Below, in pieces: positions 21,521 through 31,657 of a stretch of DNA of 64,000 bases (position 1 is the first letter of the stretch; each line of letters starts with the position of its first letter). The notes beneath the pieces were generated by a model. It did not search any database and was not told the DNA's origin. It saw only the letters and a program-made list of their open reading frames with translations. Position numbers and translations under genes: made by a program. Source of the DNA: Candidatus Obscuribacteraceae bacterium (GTDB taxonomy: Bacteria > Cyanobacteriota > Vampirovibrionia > Obscuribacterales > Obscuribacteraceae). The stretch lies in contig JBGASG010000001.1 in NCBI GenBank assembly GCA_044229845.1, forward strand, positions 32,001-96,000. The letters are read 5' to 3'.

Positions 21521-22108
21521 ATGTTGCGCGAGCTAATTTCCAAGGTGAGGTCTTCTATGCACAAGGCGGGCGCGTCGCTGTGTCTGGCCCTGATACTGGT
21601 ATTTTTGCCGGCCATGGCGCATGCCGACACATATCCGGTTGGGGATATGACGGCATTCAATGTGGTGGCAGCAGATCTGCCTACTGACGCAACCGGAGCC
21701 GGCTTGGACAAAGATGCGCTGGCTGCCACCGCGACGGCGGCATTGAAAAAGGGCGGCATGCAGATTCTCGACGAGGCCGGACCGCCCGGCACCGGCACTT
21801 TTCAAATAAGCATCGGTGCGGTCAATGGGGGTGGTGAAGATCAAGCTTACGCCGTGCGCTGCGAAGTTGGACGTCTCGTCTACTTCTTCAAGCAAGGTGA
21901 CATGGAGAAGAAAAATCCGATTGTCGGCAAACAATTTGTGCGCGGCATCATCTGGAGCGACATGTTTTCCATCGCCGTGCCCAAGGCGCAAGCCAAGCAA
22001 GTTATTACAGATACGGTCAAGCAGTCGGCTGAAAAATTTGTCCAAGATTGGAATGCCGACCGGGCAGAGATTGCCAAGGAACCGCCACCGCCTGCAGCGG
22101 CGGAGTAA
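21521..22108 (+). CDS. Secreted hypothetical protein
   Basis: Signal peptide ending AHA. Confidence 0.7.
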   Translation: MLRELISKVRSSMHKAGASLCLALILVFLPAMAHADTYPVGDMTAFNVVAADLPTDATGAGLDKDALAATATAALKKGGMQILDEAGPPGTGTFQISIGAVNGGGEDQAYAVRCEVGRLVYFFKQGDMEKKNPIVGKQFVRGIIWSDMFSIAVPKAQAKQVITDTVKQSAEKFVQDWNADRAEIAKEPPPPAAAE

Positions 22109-22120
22109 TCGCACGTCACG

Positions 22121-22558
22121 TCACGTTGCGTCAGGTCGCTCCAAGTCTGCAAGCACGGCACGCACAACTTGCCGGCGTTCGTGCCTTTCCATGCGCGAAA
22201 GCAGCGCGCAATACTCTTCGATCATGCTTTTGAAATATTCAACCTGATTGTGATTGGGTTGATATCCGTTGGATAGCGCCGTTTGCAATATCTGGTAGAG
22301 ACGTTCGAAGGAGCGTGCACTCTCCTCCAACAAATCGACTGCCACAAATTTTCGTGCGGCGGATAGCAGCATCTCCATGGCGCGACCGTCGATGCGTCCA
22401 GTGCGCGCCGATTCGATTGCGCCGAAATAAAGTGTGTCGGTATCCGACTGATTCATGGTCGCAGTATACGTTGTCTCAGCGGCTGTAAAAGACTCGCCAG
22501 CCAAAACATCCACAGCGGACAAAACTCTCAAAACTTCCTCGCGTGCAGGATTGCTCAT
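22121..22558 (-). CDS. Hypothetical protein
   Basis: 145-aa ORF. Confidence 0.55.
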   Translation of the reverse strand: MSNPAREEVLRVLSAVDVLAGESFTAAETTYTATMNQSDTDTLYFGAIESARTGRIDGRAMEMLLSAARKFVAVDLLEESARSFERLYQILQTALSNGYQPNHNQVEYFKSMIEEYCALLSRMERHERRQVVRAVLADLERPDAT

Positions 22559-22638
22559 TTTGGCAGTCCACTGCAGTGTTCGAAAAAAGATTAAATCAGG
22601 GTGTTGTGAGCAGGATTGCTCATCTCGAGTGGTGGTGC

Positions 22639-23475
22639 CTAGTCTCTCGGTGCCGCAGGTGGTGGCGCAAGTGGCGGAGCGCCTGGTGTCTCGCCGGGAG
22701 GTAGTGCTAGTAGTTCTGCAGGCAGCTTGTCGCCCAGATTGTGCGAGAGCATGTAGTCACGAAACGAGCTGCGCATATCGATGCCCTCGTAGACTGCTAT
22801 CGGGGCGTATGACCGCGTGCGATAAAGCGGCACAATGTGTTTGGACTGTGCGCGCGGCTGTCCGTCTTCCTGAAACATCTTTACCGAGCCGTTCATCCGC
22901 ACATTGCCTTCCGGCACCGGAACGAATGTCATCAGACTTTCCTGCTGGTGTACGCGCAGTATTTTGCCGGAGCGTGCGTTGACGGTGAAGGCTGTAAATC
23001 TGTAACGTGCCACCACTCGCCCCTCATCGACATAGGGGAATTCTTTGGAGAGTTCGTGACGATATTCGTAAGTCTTGTCAGTCAGCACTTTTCTGTGCGA
23101 AGGGACATTGATGAAGTGCCAGATGCCACCGGCATTATCGGATTGCATGCCGAACACCCACTGGTCGGAACGAGGGAACGTGCGGGCAATCCGGTTGGAC
23201 AAAAACGGAAACTTGAAATCGGTGACGCTCAGTTGCGTCTCGGTGCGCGTTTCCCAAACGCCGGCCAGCCAGGGTGGAATTTGCACCCAGAGGTTGTTGG
23301 GATGAACGTTGTTGAAATAGCTGTCGTCGAAACCGGCTCCGACTTGCAACCGATTGTCAGCCGGCGGCAGCACTTCCGCATGCTCGACGCCGCCCTTCAG
23401 TTGGGCGAACGCGTTTGTTGATGGCGCGCAGGCAAACGCGACGGACAAGAGCAAAGATAAAGTGACTCGCCACAT
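22639..23475 (-). CDS. Secreted hypothetical protein
   Basis: Signal peptide MWRVTLSLLL...AFA then QLKGGVEH; extended -10 upstream. Confidence 0.75.
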   Translation of the reverse strand: MWRVTLSLLLSVAFACAPSTNAFAQLKGGVEHAEVLPPADNRLQVGAGFDDSYFNNVHPNNLWVQIPPWLAGVWETRTETQLSVTDFKFPFLSNRIARTFPRSDQWVFGMQSDNAGGIWHFINVPSHRKVLTDKTYEYRHELSKEFPYVDEGRVVARYRFTAFTVNARSGKILRVHQQESLMTFVPVPEGNVRMNGSVKMFQEDGQPRAQSKHIVPLYRTRSYAPIAVYEGIDMRSSFRDYMLSHNLGDKLPAELLALPPGETPGAPPLAPPPAAPRD

Positions 23476-23527
23476 AGTGCATATCTTAGCATTATCACAG
23501 CAGCCACAGCATCGTTGGTCGACGCGG

Positions 23528-25036
23528 TTATCGCACCGAATGCGGTGCCTTGCCGGCGATATGTTTGTCCAGCCACCCGCCGGCAAAACCGGCGCGCTGC
23601 AATCCGGCAAGTATGTCGGGATCGCGCTTGAGGAGGTTCCAGACAAACTCGGAGCGAGCATTCTCGAAGGCTATCACGATTGGACCCTGATCGATACCGA
23701 TGCGTTCTTTGTCGACCCAACCGGATTGGGTGGTGGCATCGAAGGTGGGGTTGAAGGCGTCGACAAATCCGCGGTTGGGATCGAACAACTCGGGGCGCTT
23801 TTTCAGCCAGTAGCGCATGGTATCAATGACCAGCTTTCGATCATACGGCAGTGCCGACATAGCTGCGGTCGGTGCAATCGTCCCGTCGTCAAAGCCGTTC
23901 GGTCCGCCGCGCTCGCTATATTCGCGGAACGCGATCTCGCGCCCATCGATGCGCCGCTCCGCATCACCGGGACCATCGCATGCCGTCAGCCCCCAGTCGA
24001 GAGCGCCATATCCACGGAAGTGCTTGGGATTGTCGATGGCGTAGGCATGGTGAACCTGGGTGACGCGGCAGGCATTCTCGTGATAATCGAAGCCGATGCG
24101 ACGGTTTACCTGATCTTTGATATTTCGAAAGTCGATGAATCCTTGCGGATACTGATAACAGAAAAGGGGCATGCCCGGCATGCCTATGTAAGTGTGTCCG
24201 TAACTGCGGGTGGTGGCGGCATCGCCGATAAATGCTTGCCATGACTGAGCCGGAATAGCATGGTCACGTGAGCCCAGTGCGAGGAGGTAGAGCAGAAGCG
24301 CTTCGCTGTATCCGCAGTAGACGCCGTCGTACATGCCGCCTTCGGGGGTCCAGGCGTGAATGATCAGTTTTTTGTCGTTCAAGAAACGATCCCATTGCAC
24401 GCGATCGACGATGAAGTTTGCATCGGCGCGCAGTTGTTTCTCATCGGCATCGGCAGCGCCGTCGAAGTAGTTGCGCGCGGAAAGAATGCCTGCCACCAGA
24501 AGCGCGGTATCGATGGTGGACAGCTCGCTGTTCCACCCAAACTTGCTTTGCTTAGTGGCCCGCAAACCGGTCGCCGGGTCGAGGAAGTGATAGTACATGC
24601 CCCAGTTGCCGCTGCGACCTTCCTTTTCACCGCCCTGCGGCGCGCCGGCGAGCGTCTTCAGAGTTTTTCGCGCATACCGTCGCGCCTCATCCCGCGAGAC
24701 CCAGCCACGCTCGGCGGCGATAGTGTAGGCGGTGAGCGAAAAGCCTGTGGCGGCGATGCTGGCTGGCGCCCCCGGGCGGTCGCGATCCAGAACCAGCCCG
24801 GTAGCCGGGTTTTGATTGGCGCGGAACCACTCGAAGTGCGAGCGTTCCACCAGGTCGATCAGCTTGTCGTCGCTGGCGGCGTCTACGAGCGCCGCGCGCT
24901 CTGCCGGCGAGTCCCAGACCTTTTTGAGAGTGGCGAAATCTTCGTTACTCACGGCGGCAACATTGCATGTACAGAGGGTGAGGGTGACCGCCAGAGTGGT
25001 CAGAGCCCCTAAAAGGTTACGCACGCCTGTTCTCAT
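23528..25036 (-). CDS. Secreted glucoamylase-family glycoside hydrolase (GH144-like endo-beta-1,2-glucanase)
   Basis: SIAATGF, GMYYHF, ELSTIDTALL, YSEALLLY, WGLTACDGP, GIDQGP motifs. Confidence 0.85.
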   Translation of the reverse strand: MRTGVRNLLGALTTLAVTLTLCTCNVAAVSNEDFATLKKVWDSPAERAALVDAASDDKLIDLVERSHFEWFRANQNPATGLVLDRDRPGAPASIAATGFSLTAYTIAAERGWVSRDEARRYARKTLKTLAGAPQGGEKEGRSGNWGMYYHFLDPATGLRATKQSKFGWNSELSTIDTALLVAGILSARNYFDGAADADEKQLRADANFIVDRVQWDRFLNDKKLIIHAWTPEGGMYDGVYCGYSEALLLYLLALGSRDHAIPAQSWQAFIGDAATTRSYGHTYIGMPGMPLFCYQYPQGFIDFRNIKDQVNRRIGFDYHENACRVTQVHHAYAIDNPKHFRGYGALDWGLTACDGPGDAERRIDGREIAFREYSERGGPNGFDDGTIAPTAAMSALPYDRKLVIDTMRYWLKKRPELFDPNRGFVDAFNPTFDATTQSGWVDKERIGIDQGPIVIAFENARSEFVWNLLKRDPDILAGLQRAGFAGGWLDKHIAGKAPHSVR

Positions 25037-25187
25037 GTTTCCCCAACGCAGCGCCTGCGTTTGTGCGAGCCAACTCCTTATTCTCTCGCGCCCGACGTGC
25101 AAAGCTTGTGTCAGGCGCCCCCTGACAACCGCCGTAGCTTCACATATATAAGGGGGAATAAGAGCTAAAAGACACCCAGATGGGCGT

Positions 25188-27344
25188 ATGCAGCAAGAAG
25201 ATACCCTGATTGAGATAGAGAAGTTCTGTCCGTCGTGCGACCGACGATTTGGTTCGGACGACCTGACTCTGGCGTGCCCCTTCGACGGCGCGGCGCTCAT
25301 GCCTGTCACCGAAGACCCGATCGTTGGTGCAGTGATCGGCGGTAAGTATGAGATCGGCGAGCTGATCGGCACCGGCGGCTGGAGCAAGGTGTACGTCGGG
25401 CATCATACGCAGCTCGACCGGGTGATTGCCTTCAAGCTGTTGCGAGCCGACCTGGTTGCCAGCGCCGAGCGCATCAAGCGGTTTGATTCGGAAGCGCGGT
25501 TGGCCAGCGGACTGAGCCATCCCAATATTTGTACCGTCTACGACTGTGGCATCATGGACAGCGGGCAGCCCTACCTGATTCTCGAACACATCGAAGGCAA
25601 GAGTCTGGCTCGCCTTCTGCAAGACGAAGGCTCGCTCGACCCGGCGCGCAGTGTGCGCTTGCTCAAGCAAATCGCCGGCGCTCTGGAAGCCGCTCACGAA
25701 CGCACCATTGTCCACCGCGACTTGAAGCCGGGCAACATCATGGTGGTCGGCAGCGGCGCAGACGAAAAAGTGAAAATCATCGACTTCGGACTGGCGAAGG
25801 CGTTCGCTGCTGAAGACCGCGAACAACTGACGCACACCGGTATGACCATCGGCACTCCTTGCTATATGAGCCCCGAGCAGGTGCGGGGCGACGTGCTCGA
25901 TTGCCGGTCGGACATCTACTCGCTCGGATGTCTGGCTTACGAGATGCTCACAGGATGGAAGCCGGTACAGGGTGGTTCGGTTTTCGAAACCATGCAGGGA
26001 CACCTGGACAGAGAACCGCGCCCGATGGCGAATGCTAAAAATCCCATTCCGCAGCCGTTGCAAGACCTGACCATGCTTTGCTTGCGTAAGCGTCCGCAGG
26101 ACAGATACCAGACCATGGCTGACATCGAGCGCGCACTGACCACTTATGAGAAACATGGACGCATCGAAAAGCCCAAGATGGGTGCCGGACACCTGGCGCA
26201 CAAGGTGTCCTATTCGCTCAATAAGATGGTCGGTACGGTCAAGAAGCGCTTGTCTCCGCACCGCCGCCTTTTCCAGGGGTTGATCATTGCCAACACTTGC
26301 GTTTTGCTGGCGGCACTTTTGGCGATGGCGTTTGCTCCGCAGTTTATCCTCAGGCTTCCGTTTGTCGCTCAGCAGCAACAGCCGGTGGCGTCGGTTAAGA
26401 TGCAGGAGTTTATGCGTCTGCGGGATAGCGATGACTTCCCGGCTGCCGAGCAATTCGGCAAGGACTACTTCAACGATCTGGTGGCCAACAAAAAGCAGTC
26501 AGACCCAGATTTTCTGAAACTGTGCGACATGATGCAGCGTATGCTGGTGCAACATGGACGGCATCGAGACGCGGTGCCTTATATCGAGGCCGCTTTCAAA
26601 CAAGCGCAGACGGAGGCGAAGCCGGGCACCGACGATTTGCTCAAGGCTTATGCCAACGCCGCCAATGCGCTTTTGACGATTGATGATCGTGATGCCTTAC
26701 CCTATCTGGAGAAAACCACGGAACTCACCAAGGCCAGATACGGTGCCGACAGCAAGGAAGTATGCGAGCCTCTCTATCACACGGCGTGGTGCCGGTTTCG
26801 CAAGGGCGACGCCGAAGATGCCATCAAGGGATACAAAGAACTCCTGGTGCTGTTGCACAAATACTATCCGCCCAATGATGTGCTGACAATCAGGACTCTT
26901 CATCGCCTGAGTGTCGTTCAAGTGCACGTGCGTCGCTATGCGGATGCGGCCGCGACCTGCGATCAGGCTTTGCCTTTGATCTCGGATACCAGCACTCCCG
27001 GAGATCTGTTGCGCGACTTGCTGCAGTCTGCTGCTCATGCCAATCAACACATCGGCAACTATGACAAAGCAATTGCGCTCTTCAAGCGGGCATTGGCAGT
27101 CTCTGAAAAAGTAACCGTCGTGCAGGCGGAAATTATCGAAGCCGACATGGGCGTCTGCATGGTGGAAGCCAAACAATACAAACAGGCCGAGCCGGTTTTG
27201 CTTGACGCTATGCGACGCATCGCTTCCCGCTGGGGACCGGAGTCCGAGTCATATCAAGTCTGCTTGACCAAGTTTGTCGAGATGCTGCGAGCTACCGGTG
27301 ACAGCAAGCGCGCAGACGCCATCGAAGCTGCGGGCCGAGTCTAG
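25188..27344 (+). CDS. Ser/Thr protein kinase with N-terminal Zn-ribbon, TM segment and C-terminal TPRs
   Basis: CPSC, IGTGGWS, HRDLKPGN, DFG, YMSPE. Confidence 0.93.
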   Translation: MQQEDTLIEIEKFCPSCDRRFGSDDLTLACPFDGAALMPVTEDPIVGAVIGGKYEIGELIGTGGWSKVYVGHHTQLDRVIAFKLLRADLVASAERIKRFDSEARLASGLSHPNICTVYDCGIMDSGQPYLILEHIEGKSLARLLQDEGSLDPARSVRLLKQIAGALEAAHERTIVHRDLKPGNIMVVGSGADEKVKIIDFGLAKAFAAEDREQLTHTGMTIGTPCYMSPEQVRGDVLDCRSDIYSLGCLAYEMLTGWKPVQGGSVFETMQGHLDREPRPMANAKNPIPQPLQDLTMLCLRKRPQDRYQTMADIERALTTYEKHGRIEKPKMGAGHLAHKVSYSLNKMVGTVKKRLSPHRRLFQGLIIANTCVLLAALLAMAFAPQFILRLPFVAQQQQPVASVKMQEFMRLRDSDDFPAAEQFGKDYFNDLVANKKQSDPDFLKLCDMMQRMLVQHGRHRDAVPYIEAAFKQAQTEAKPGTDDLLKAYANAANALLTIDDRDALPYLEKTTELTKARYGADSKEVCEPLYHTAWCRFRKGDAEDAIKGYKELLVLLHKYYPPNDVLTIRTLHRLSVVQVHVRRYADAAATCDQALPLISDTSTPGDLLRDLLQSAAHANQHIGNYDKAIALFKRALAVSEKVTVVQAEIIEADMGVCMVEAKQYKQAEPVLLDAMRRIASRWGPESESYQVCLTKFVEMLRATGDSKRADAIEAAGRV

Positions 27345-27345
27345 C

Positions 27346-27739
27346 ATGTGCCCACACGGCATTACCGTCGAGAAGTACTGTCCGGCTTGCGCTCGCAAGT
27401 TTGCACCGGAGGACGAGTCCCTGACGTGTCAGGAAGACAATGCCGTCCTGTTGCCGGTCACCCGCGATCCGCTGCTGGGTAAGCTGATCGACGAAAAGTA
27501 CCAGACAGATTATCGAGCTGATCGGCGCCGGCGGATCAAGCATGGTGTATCGGGCAAAACAGCTGGAGTTGGGGCGCGAGGTTGCGTTCAAATTGTTGCG
27601 GACAGATCTGGTTTCTTCAGCCGAAAAGATTCAGCGTTTCGGTCTGGAAGCGCGGCTGGCCGGCAAGGTCAGTCACAACAATATCTGTACGGTCTGCGAC
27701 TTCGGCATCATGAGCAGCGGGCAAGGCAAGCCCAGGTAA
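27346..27739 (+). pseudogene. Frameshifted, truncated Ser/Thr kinase paralog
   Basis: Similar to the N-terminus of the upstream kinase. A CAGA duplication near 27505 shifts the frame; the gene ends after DFGIMSSGQ. Confidence 0.85.
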
Positions 27740-27743
27740 TTCG

Positions 27744-28517
27744 CTAGCTGAGCAGGGCTCGACGTGACGCTCTATAGAAAGTTTTTGAACACTCCAGTAA
27801 GAAGTCCCTGGAAGAAACTTCTAGTGCCGCCAGGCTTTTCGCATGATCTGCGATGAATACAAAACAGGCAGTGAAGAACATCGCGCACCAGGCGTAGTGC
27901 ACGAACCGGCGCACCGCTGGAGGAAACCTGCACATCTGGTTGCGCAAGAAACTGCAGTGAAACTCCAGGTGTCCCAGTTCATCCAGGACCATAAGTGAGA
28001 AGGCGCTGCACATGATAGGACTGGTCAGGTTTTCGGCGCACGCCTTGTAGAAACATTTGCCTATAATTTCAGCAATCAGGAGAATGAAAAGTTCGGTCTT
28101 CAATCCGAACATGCGGCGCAAGGCAATGAAAGCCAGATCAGTCCAGTGCCACGTAAGCAGAGTTCCATCTATCGCTTGAATCATCTCGGCGAGCACGCGA
28201 GCGTGGAACTGTTCTTCTTTGATGAACAGATCGATCGATTCTTCGTATAGCTTGTCTCCGCTATTGCGCGCGTACTTCCGAAGGTGCTTACCTTCGCCGG
28301 TTTCTCCAATCTGAAAGCGTTGCAGCGAGCGAATTAACGGTGTGCGAACCGCTTGCGGTATCTCTCCTGTCATGTCGCCGGGAAAGGTGATGTGCACTCG
28401 CTCTTCTTTGTTAGTCTGGAAATACCAGAGCCAATAGGATGAAGAGTAGATATCCGCAGGTTCTTCTATCGATGGTGTCGGGACCTTCAAAGTCGTCGAC
28501 AGATCATCCATGATCAT
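27744..28517 (-). CDS. Ferritin-like domain protein
   Basis: FQIGETGEG, EEQFH, DELGH diiron ExxH motifs. Confidence 0.8.
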   Translation of the reverse strand: MIMDDLSTTLKVPTPSIEEPADIYSSSYWLWYFQTNKEERVHITFPGDMTGEIPQAVRTPLIRSLQRFQIGETGEGKHLRKYARNSGDKLYEESIDLFIKEEQFHARVLAEMIQAIDGTLLTWHWTDLAFIALRRMFGLKTELFILLIAEIIGKCFYKACAENLTSPIMCSAFSLMVLDELGHLEFHCSFLRNQMCRFPPAVRRFVHYAWCAMFFTACFVFIADHAKSLAALEVSSRDFLLECSKTFYRASRRALLS

Positions 28518-28656
28518 GTGTTTTCCTCATCGTTACGCGCACGCCAGTGCACGTTGCTTCGAGCGTAGCACGGAGAGTAAATGCGCAGATCTGCGGCCTC
28601 AGGTATTCCAACCTAGCTTTTACGGCACTCTAACAAAGCATTTCCCTTGTGCCAAT

Positions 28657-29721
28657 CTATTGTGCCAACTTGCGAACAACGCACAGGAGACCGCTTTGAA
28701 TGCGAGCCAGTTTGTCGTAATCGACTTTGTCGGGTGTGTCGTTTTGCGTGTGATAAAACGGATTGCGCAAAAACGCCGTATCCGTCACCATAACGCCCGG
28801 ATAGCCGTTTTGCCAGAAGCCCAATTGATCCGAAAAGTCGATGCCGGGAATCAGCTCCGGTGCAACCAGTCCCTCGCTGGGAAACTTCGTCGATTCACGA
28901 AAAGCACCGACGCACTGGTGCACCAGAGTGGATGAATCCAGGTTACCGACGAAGGCGAGGAAGTTTCCTTTGTCAGGATAAAACCAGCCGATCGGTCCCG
29001 GATACTTCTGCGACCCGGCTTCATCAGAGTAATAACCAAGTGTCTCCAACGCCAGCATGGCAACAATTTTTTCTTTGCGGCTGGCGCACAAGTCGGCATA
29101 GTGAGTGCTTCCCATATCGGGGCTGCGGAAGAATGGTGGCTCTTCATTGGTGAATGCGACAAATCTGATTGTTCGTCCAGGACTCTCCTTAGTCATGGTG
29201 CGCGCCAACTCCAGCAAAGTAGCGACGCCGCTGGCATTATCATCGGCGGCCGGACAGTCGAATACGGAATCATAATGTGCACCGATTACGATGATTTCGT
29301 CAGCATGTTGGCTGCCCTTCAATGTCGCAATGATGTTGTGGGACCTCTTTCCCATCAGTGCAACAGCAGTGTTTCCTGCCTGATGCGCGAGGTCTTCCGT
29401 TTCTTTGACCTCAGGACTGCTGACGGCGTACTCTTGAGTTTCTATCTGATATCCAAGCTGGCGCAGCTCTGATTCGATATGTTGCGCGGCAACTTCCAGG
29501 TGTTCAGGAGCGCTGGTCAAACTGCGGGCACCAAGCGCACCGGCAAGAATCTCTACGGAATGTTGCAGACGTTTTGCCGAGTCCTGTTCTGTTTGCGTGA
29601 GCGGTGGCACGGCACCATTGTATGAGTGCCCAGGCATGATCACGAACGAGCCGATGACGACCACCCCAGCCGCCACCAGCATCACTATTAACACTGCCAG
29701 TAGCCTTACAAAGCGACGCAT
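28657..29721 (-). CDS. M28-family peptidase
   Basis: GAHYDS, ADDNASG, NEEPP, SDQ, NPFYH. Confidence 0.9.
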   Translation of the reverse strand: MRRFVRLLAVLIVMLVAAGVVVIGSFVIMPGHSYNGAVPPLTQTEQDSAKRLQHSVEILAGALGARSLTSAPEHLEVAAQHIESELRQLGYQIETQEYAVSSPEVKETEDLAHQAGNTAVALMGKRSHNIIATLKGSQHADEIIVIGAHYDSVFDCPAADDNASGVATLLELARTMTKESPGRTIRFVAFTNEEPPFFRSPDMGSTHYADLCASRKEKIVAMLALETLGYYSDEAGSQKYPGPIGWFYPDKGNFLAFVGNLDSSTLVHQCVGAFRESTKFPSEGLVAPELIPGIDFSDQLGFWQNGYPGVMVTDTAFLRNPFYHTQNDTPDKVDYDKLARIQSGLLCVVRKLAQ

Positions 29722-29759
29722 GAGAGACCTTTCTGCACTGCTGGGAGTATAATGCATCC

Positions 29760-30092
29760 ATGATCGACGATCCCCCGGTTGACGAGTTGGAGCAGCGCCG
29801 ACGGAAGAGAGCGCAAGAAACACCTGTGGGCGGAGTTAGCGATGCCTGGAAAAGCTTTGAGCCGGGGCAGCAAGTGCTGTGTCGCGTGGTGGCACCGGAA
29901 GAAGGCGGCTACAGCGTGGTGCTGATCGAAGGACATACGCCCGGATATCTGCCTACCGAGCGCAAACACAAGCACGGCGAAGACGTCCGCGCGCAGTTCG
30001 TCTGTGTCAACGGCGGACGCTTGCTGCTCGTACCGCTGCTTCGCAACCTGGCTGAATCGCCTGACTTGAGTAACTCCAGCGACTTCGACTGA
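29760..30092 (+). CDS. Small S1/OB-fold-like protein
   Basis: PGQQVLCRVVAPEEGGYSV...YLPT; paralogous to the N-terminus of 39718-40851. Confidence 0.7.
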   Translation: MIDDPPVDELEQRRRKRAQETPVGGVSDAWKSFEPGQQVLCRVVAPEEGGYSVVLIEGHTPGYLPTERKHKHGEDVRAQFVCVNGGRLLLVPLLRNLAESPDLSNSSDFD

Positions 30093-30128
30093 ATTGGCTG
30101 ACGGCAACCTACCGTCAAGTTAACCGCC

Positions 30129-30617
30129 TCAACTGAAACCCTGACGCGGTGCGGCGCTGCCGCCCGGACCGGCGCGCCCGCCTTTGTCGAAGTAGTTGCC
30201 CTGTCCGGCGAATGTGCGGTGCTGGTTGTAGTACGCCATCGTCTGGTTGGCGTAGTCGGCGTACGAGCGCAGCGTCGGATCCTGACTGCGGGCGACTACC
30301 CAGTCGTAATGCTGTTGTGCTGCGGCAGTCTGATTCTGGTGCTGATAGCATTGCCCGATGTAATAGTGAACCAGGTCGCAGCAAAATCCGCTGCTGTCCA
30401 GCTTGAAGAAGCATTTCAACGCACCGGAATAGTTTCTCTTCTGATACAGACTCAAGCCTTCTTTGTAGGTTGCCTGACTGAGAAGCTTCGCCCGTTTTGC
30501 CTGGGCTGCGGAGGTCTTCTTAGAGGCACCTGACTTAGCCGCCTTCGCGTCCACCGATATGGCTGGCAATGACAGCAGGGCGGAAAGTACCAGCAGGAGA
30601 GCAAGCGGTTTTTGCAT
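30129..30617 (-). CDS. Secreted TPR protein
   Basis: Signal peptide, YKEGLSLY, HYYIGQCY. Confidence 0.75.
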   Translation of the reverse strand: MQKPLALLLVLSALLSLPAISVDAKAAKSGASKKTSAAQAKRAKLLSQATYKEGLSLYQKRNYSGALKCFFKLDSSGFCCDLVHYYIGQCYQHQNQTAAAQQHYDWVVARSQDPTLRSYADYANQTMAYYNQHRTFAGQGNYFDKGGRAGPGGSAAPRQGFS

Positions 30618-30676
30618 ATGAAATCCACTCGGGGGGCTATCTATCTGATGCCCAAAATAGGGTTTTCCAAATCGGT

Positions 30677-31513
30677 TCAACGCGGATCGAACCAATATCG
30701 ATACATCGGAAAGCCCTGCCAGTTCGTGTCTCCCGTGTTTTGCAGCCAGCCGCGCGGAGCACCGGGCTCGGTCGCGGAAAAGGTGAAATTGCCCGGTGCC
30801 TGATCGATGGGAATCGCCAGGATCATGCATGGGTCTGGGACATAGCCGTTCCAGTATCGAGAAACTGAAGTCGACAACTTCATCCATTGCCGGCGATTCG
30901 GTATGGCACGCTTGTCCCAGAAGAAGATGTCGAGATTGTGATAAGGAGCGACCATGGCGTCATTGCTGTAAGCGTAGGCCGGTAGCCAGTTCGGGCGACC
31001 TTTGGGTTGTTGATTCTTGTCCTGTGCTTGTCCCTGCAGTGGGGCTTGTTGTGTTGCGCGCGGGAAAAGCTGTGCCGGTGCTGCCGTCCGTGCTTGCATC
31101 GGGTTGCCGAACTGCCAGGGCGTGTAGGGCGAGCCACCAGGGGCGGTGCCGGGAGGAGGTTGCTGTTGTTGTTGGAGATATCCCGGAAATACTGGAGTTG
31201 CGGGCGGTGCCACCTTTTGTGTTTGCTCGACCTGTCCTTGCAGCATGCCGGAGTTGTTGCCGGGATACGCCGGATACTGCTGATTGTTGCTCGGATACTG
31301 GTTGGTCGGTTGAGTGTACTGCGTGTTGGGCGGGATGTACGGCAGGTTGGGCGGCGGGCTGGGAGGCGCGGCATAGCTCGGCACGTAGTCCATTGGCACA
31401 TAATCTTCTGCCAACGCTGGACCGGGGCTCTGCCAAGCCACCAGCACCATGGCGAGAATCTCTAAAAATCGTACTTTACGCACATATTCACCGGCGCAAA
31501 CTGTAACCAGCAT
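30677..31513 (-). CDS. Secreted Pro/Gln-rich protein with small C-terminal domain
   Basis: Signal peptide, low-complexity linker, Trp-rich C-terminus. Confidence 0.7.
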   Translation of the reverse strand: MLVTVCAGEYVRKVRFLEILAMVLVAWQSPGPALAEDYVPMDYVPSYAAPPSPPPNLPYIPPNTQYTQPTNQYPSNNQQYPAYPGNNSGMLQGQVEQTQKVAPPATPVFPGYLQQQQQPPPGTAPGGSPYTPWQFGNPMQARTAAPAQLFPRATQQAPLQGQAQDKNQQPKGRPNWLPAYAYSNDAMVAPYHNLDIFFWDKRAIPNRRQWMKLSTSVSRYWNGYVPDPCMILAIPIDQAPGNFTFSATEPGAPRGWLQNTGDTNWQGFPMYRYWFDPR

Positions 31514-31657
31514 ATCATTTCAGCCAACTCAACCGTGTGAGCGTGCCTCCGCACCGGCAGTGGTCAAGCGGTGCCGCGGGTGACAATCGCGACAGTGGAA
31601 GCGGTATCCTATAGCCGGGAACGAACTAGAGTCGTTTCAGCACAAGGAGGACAACTG

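Noticed and set aside
25140..26453. Long antisense ORFs (also 23354-24244 and 46496-47218)
   Set aside because: Shadow ORFs opposite well-supported genes in GC-rich DNA
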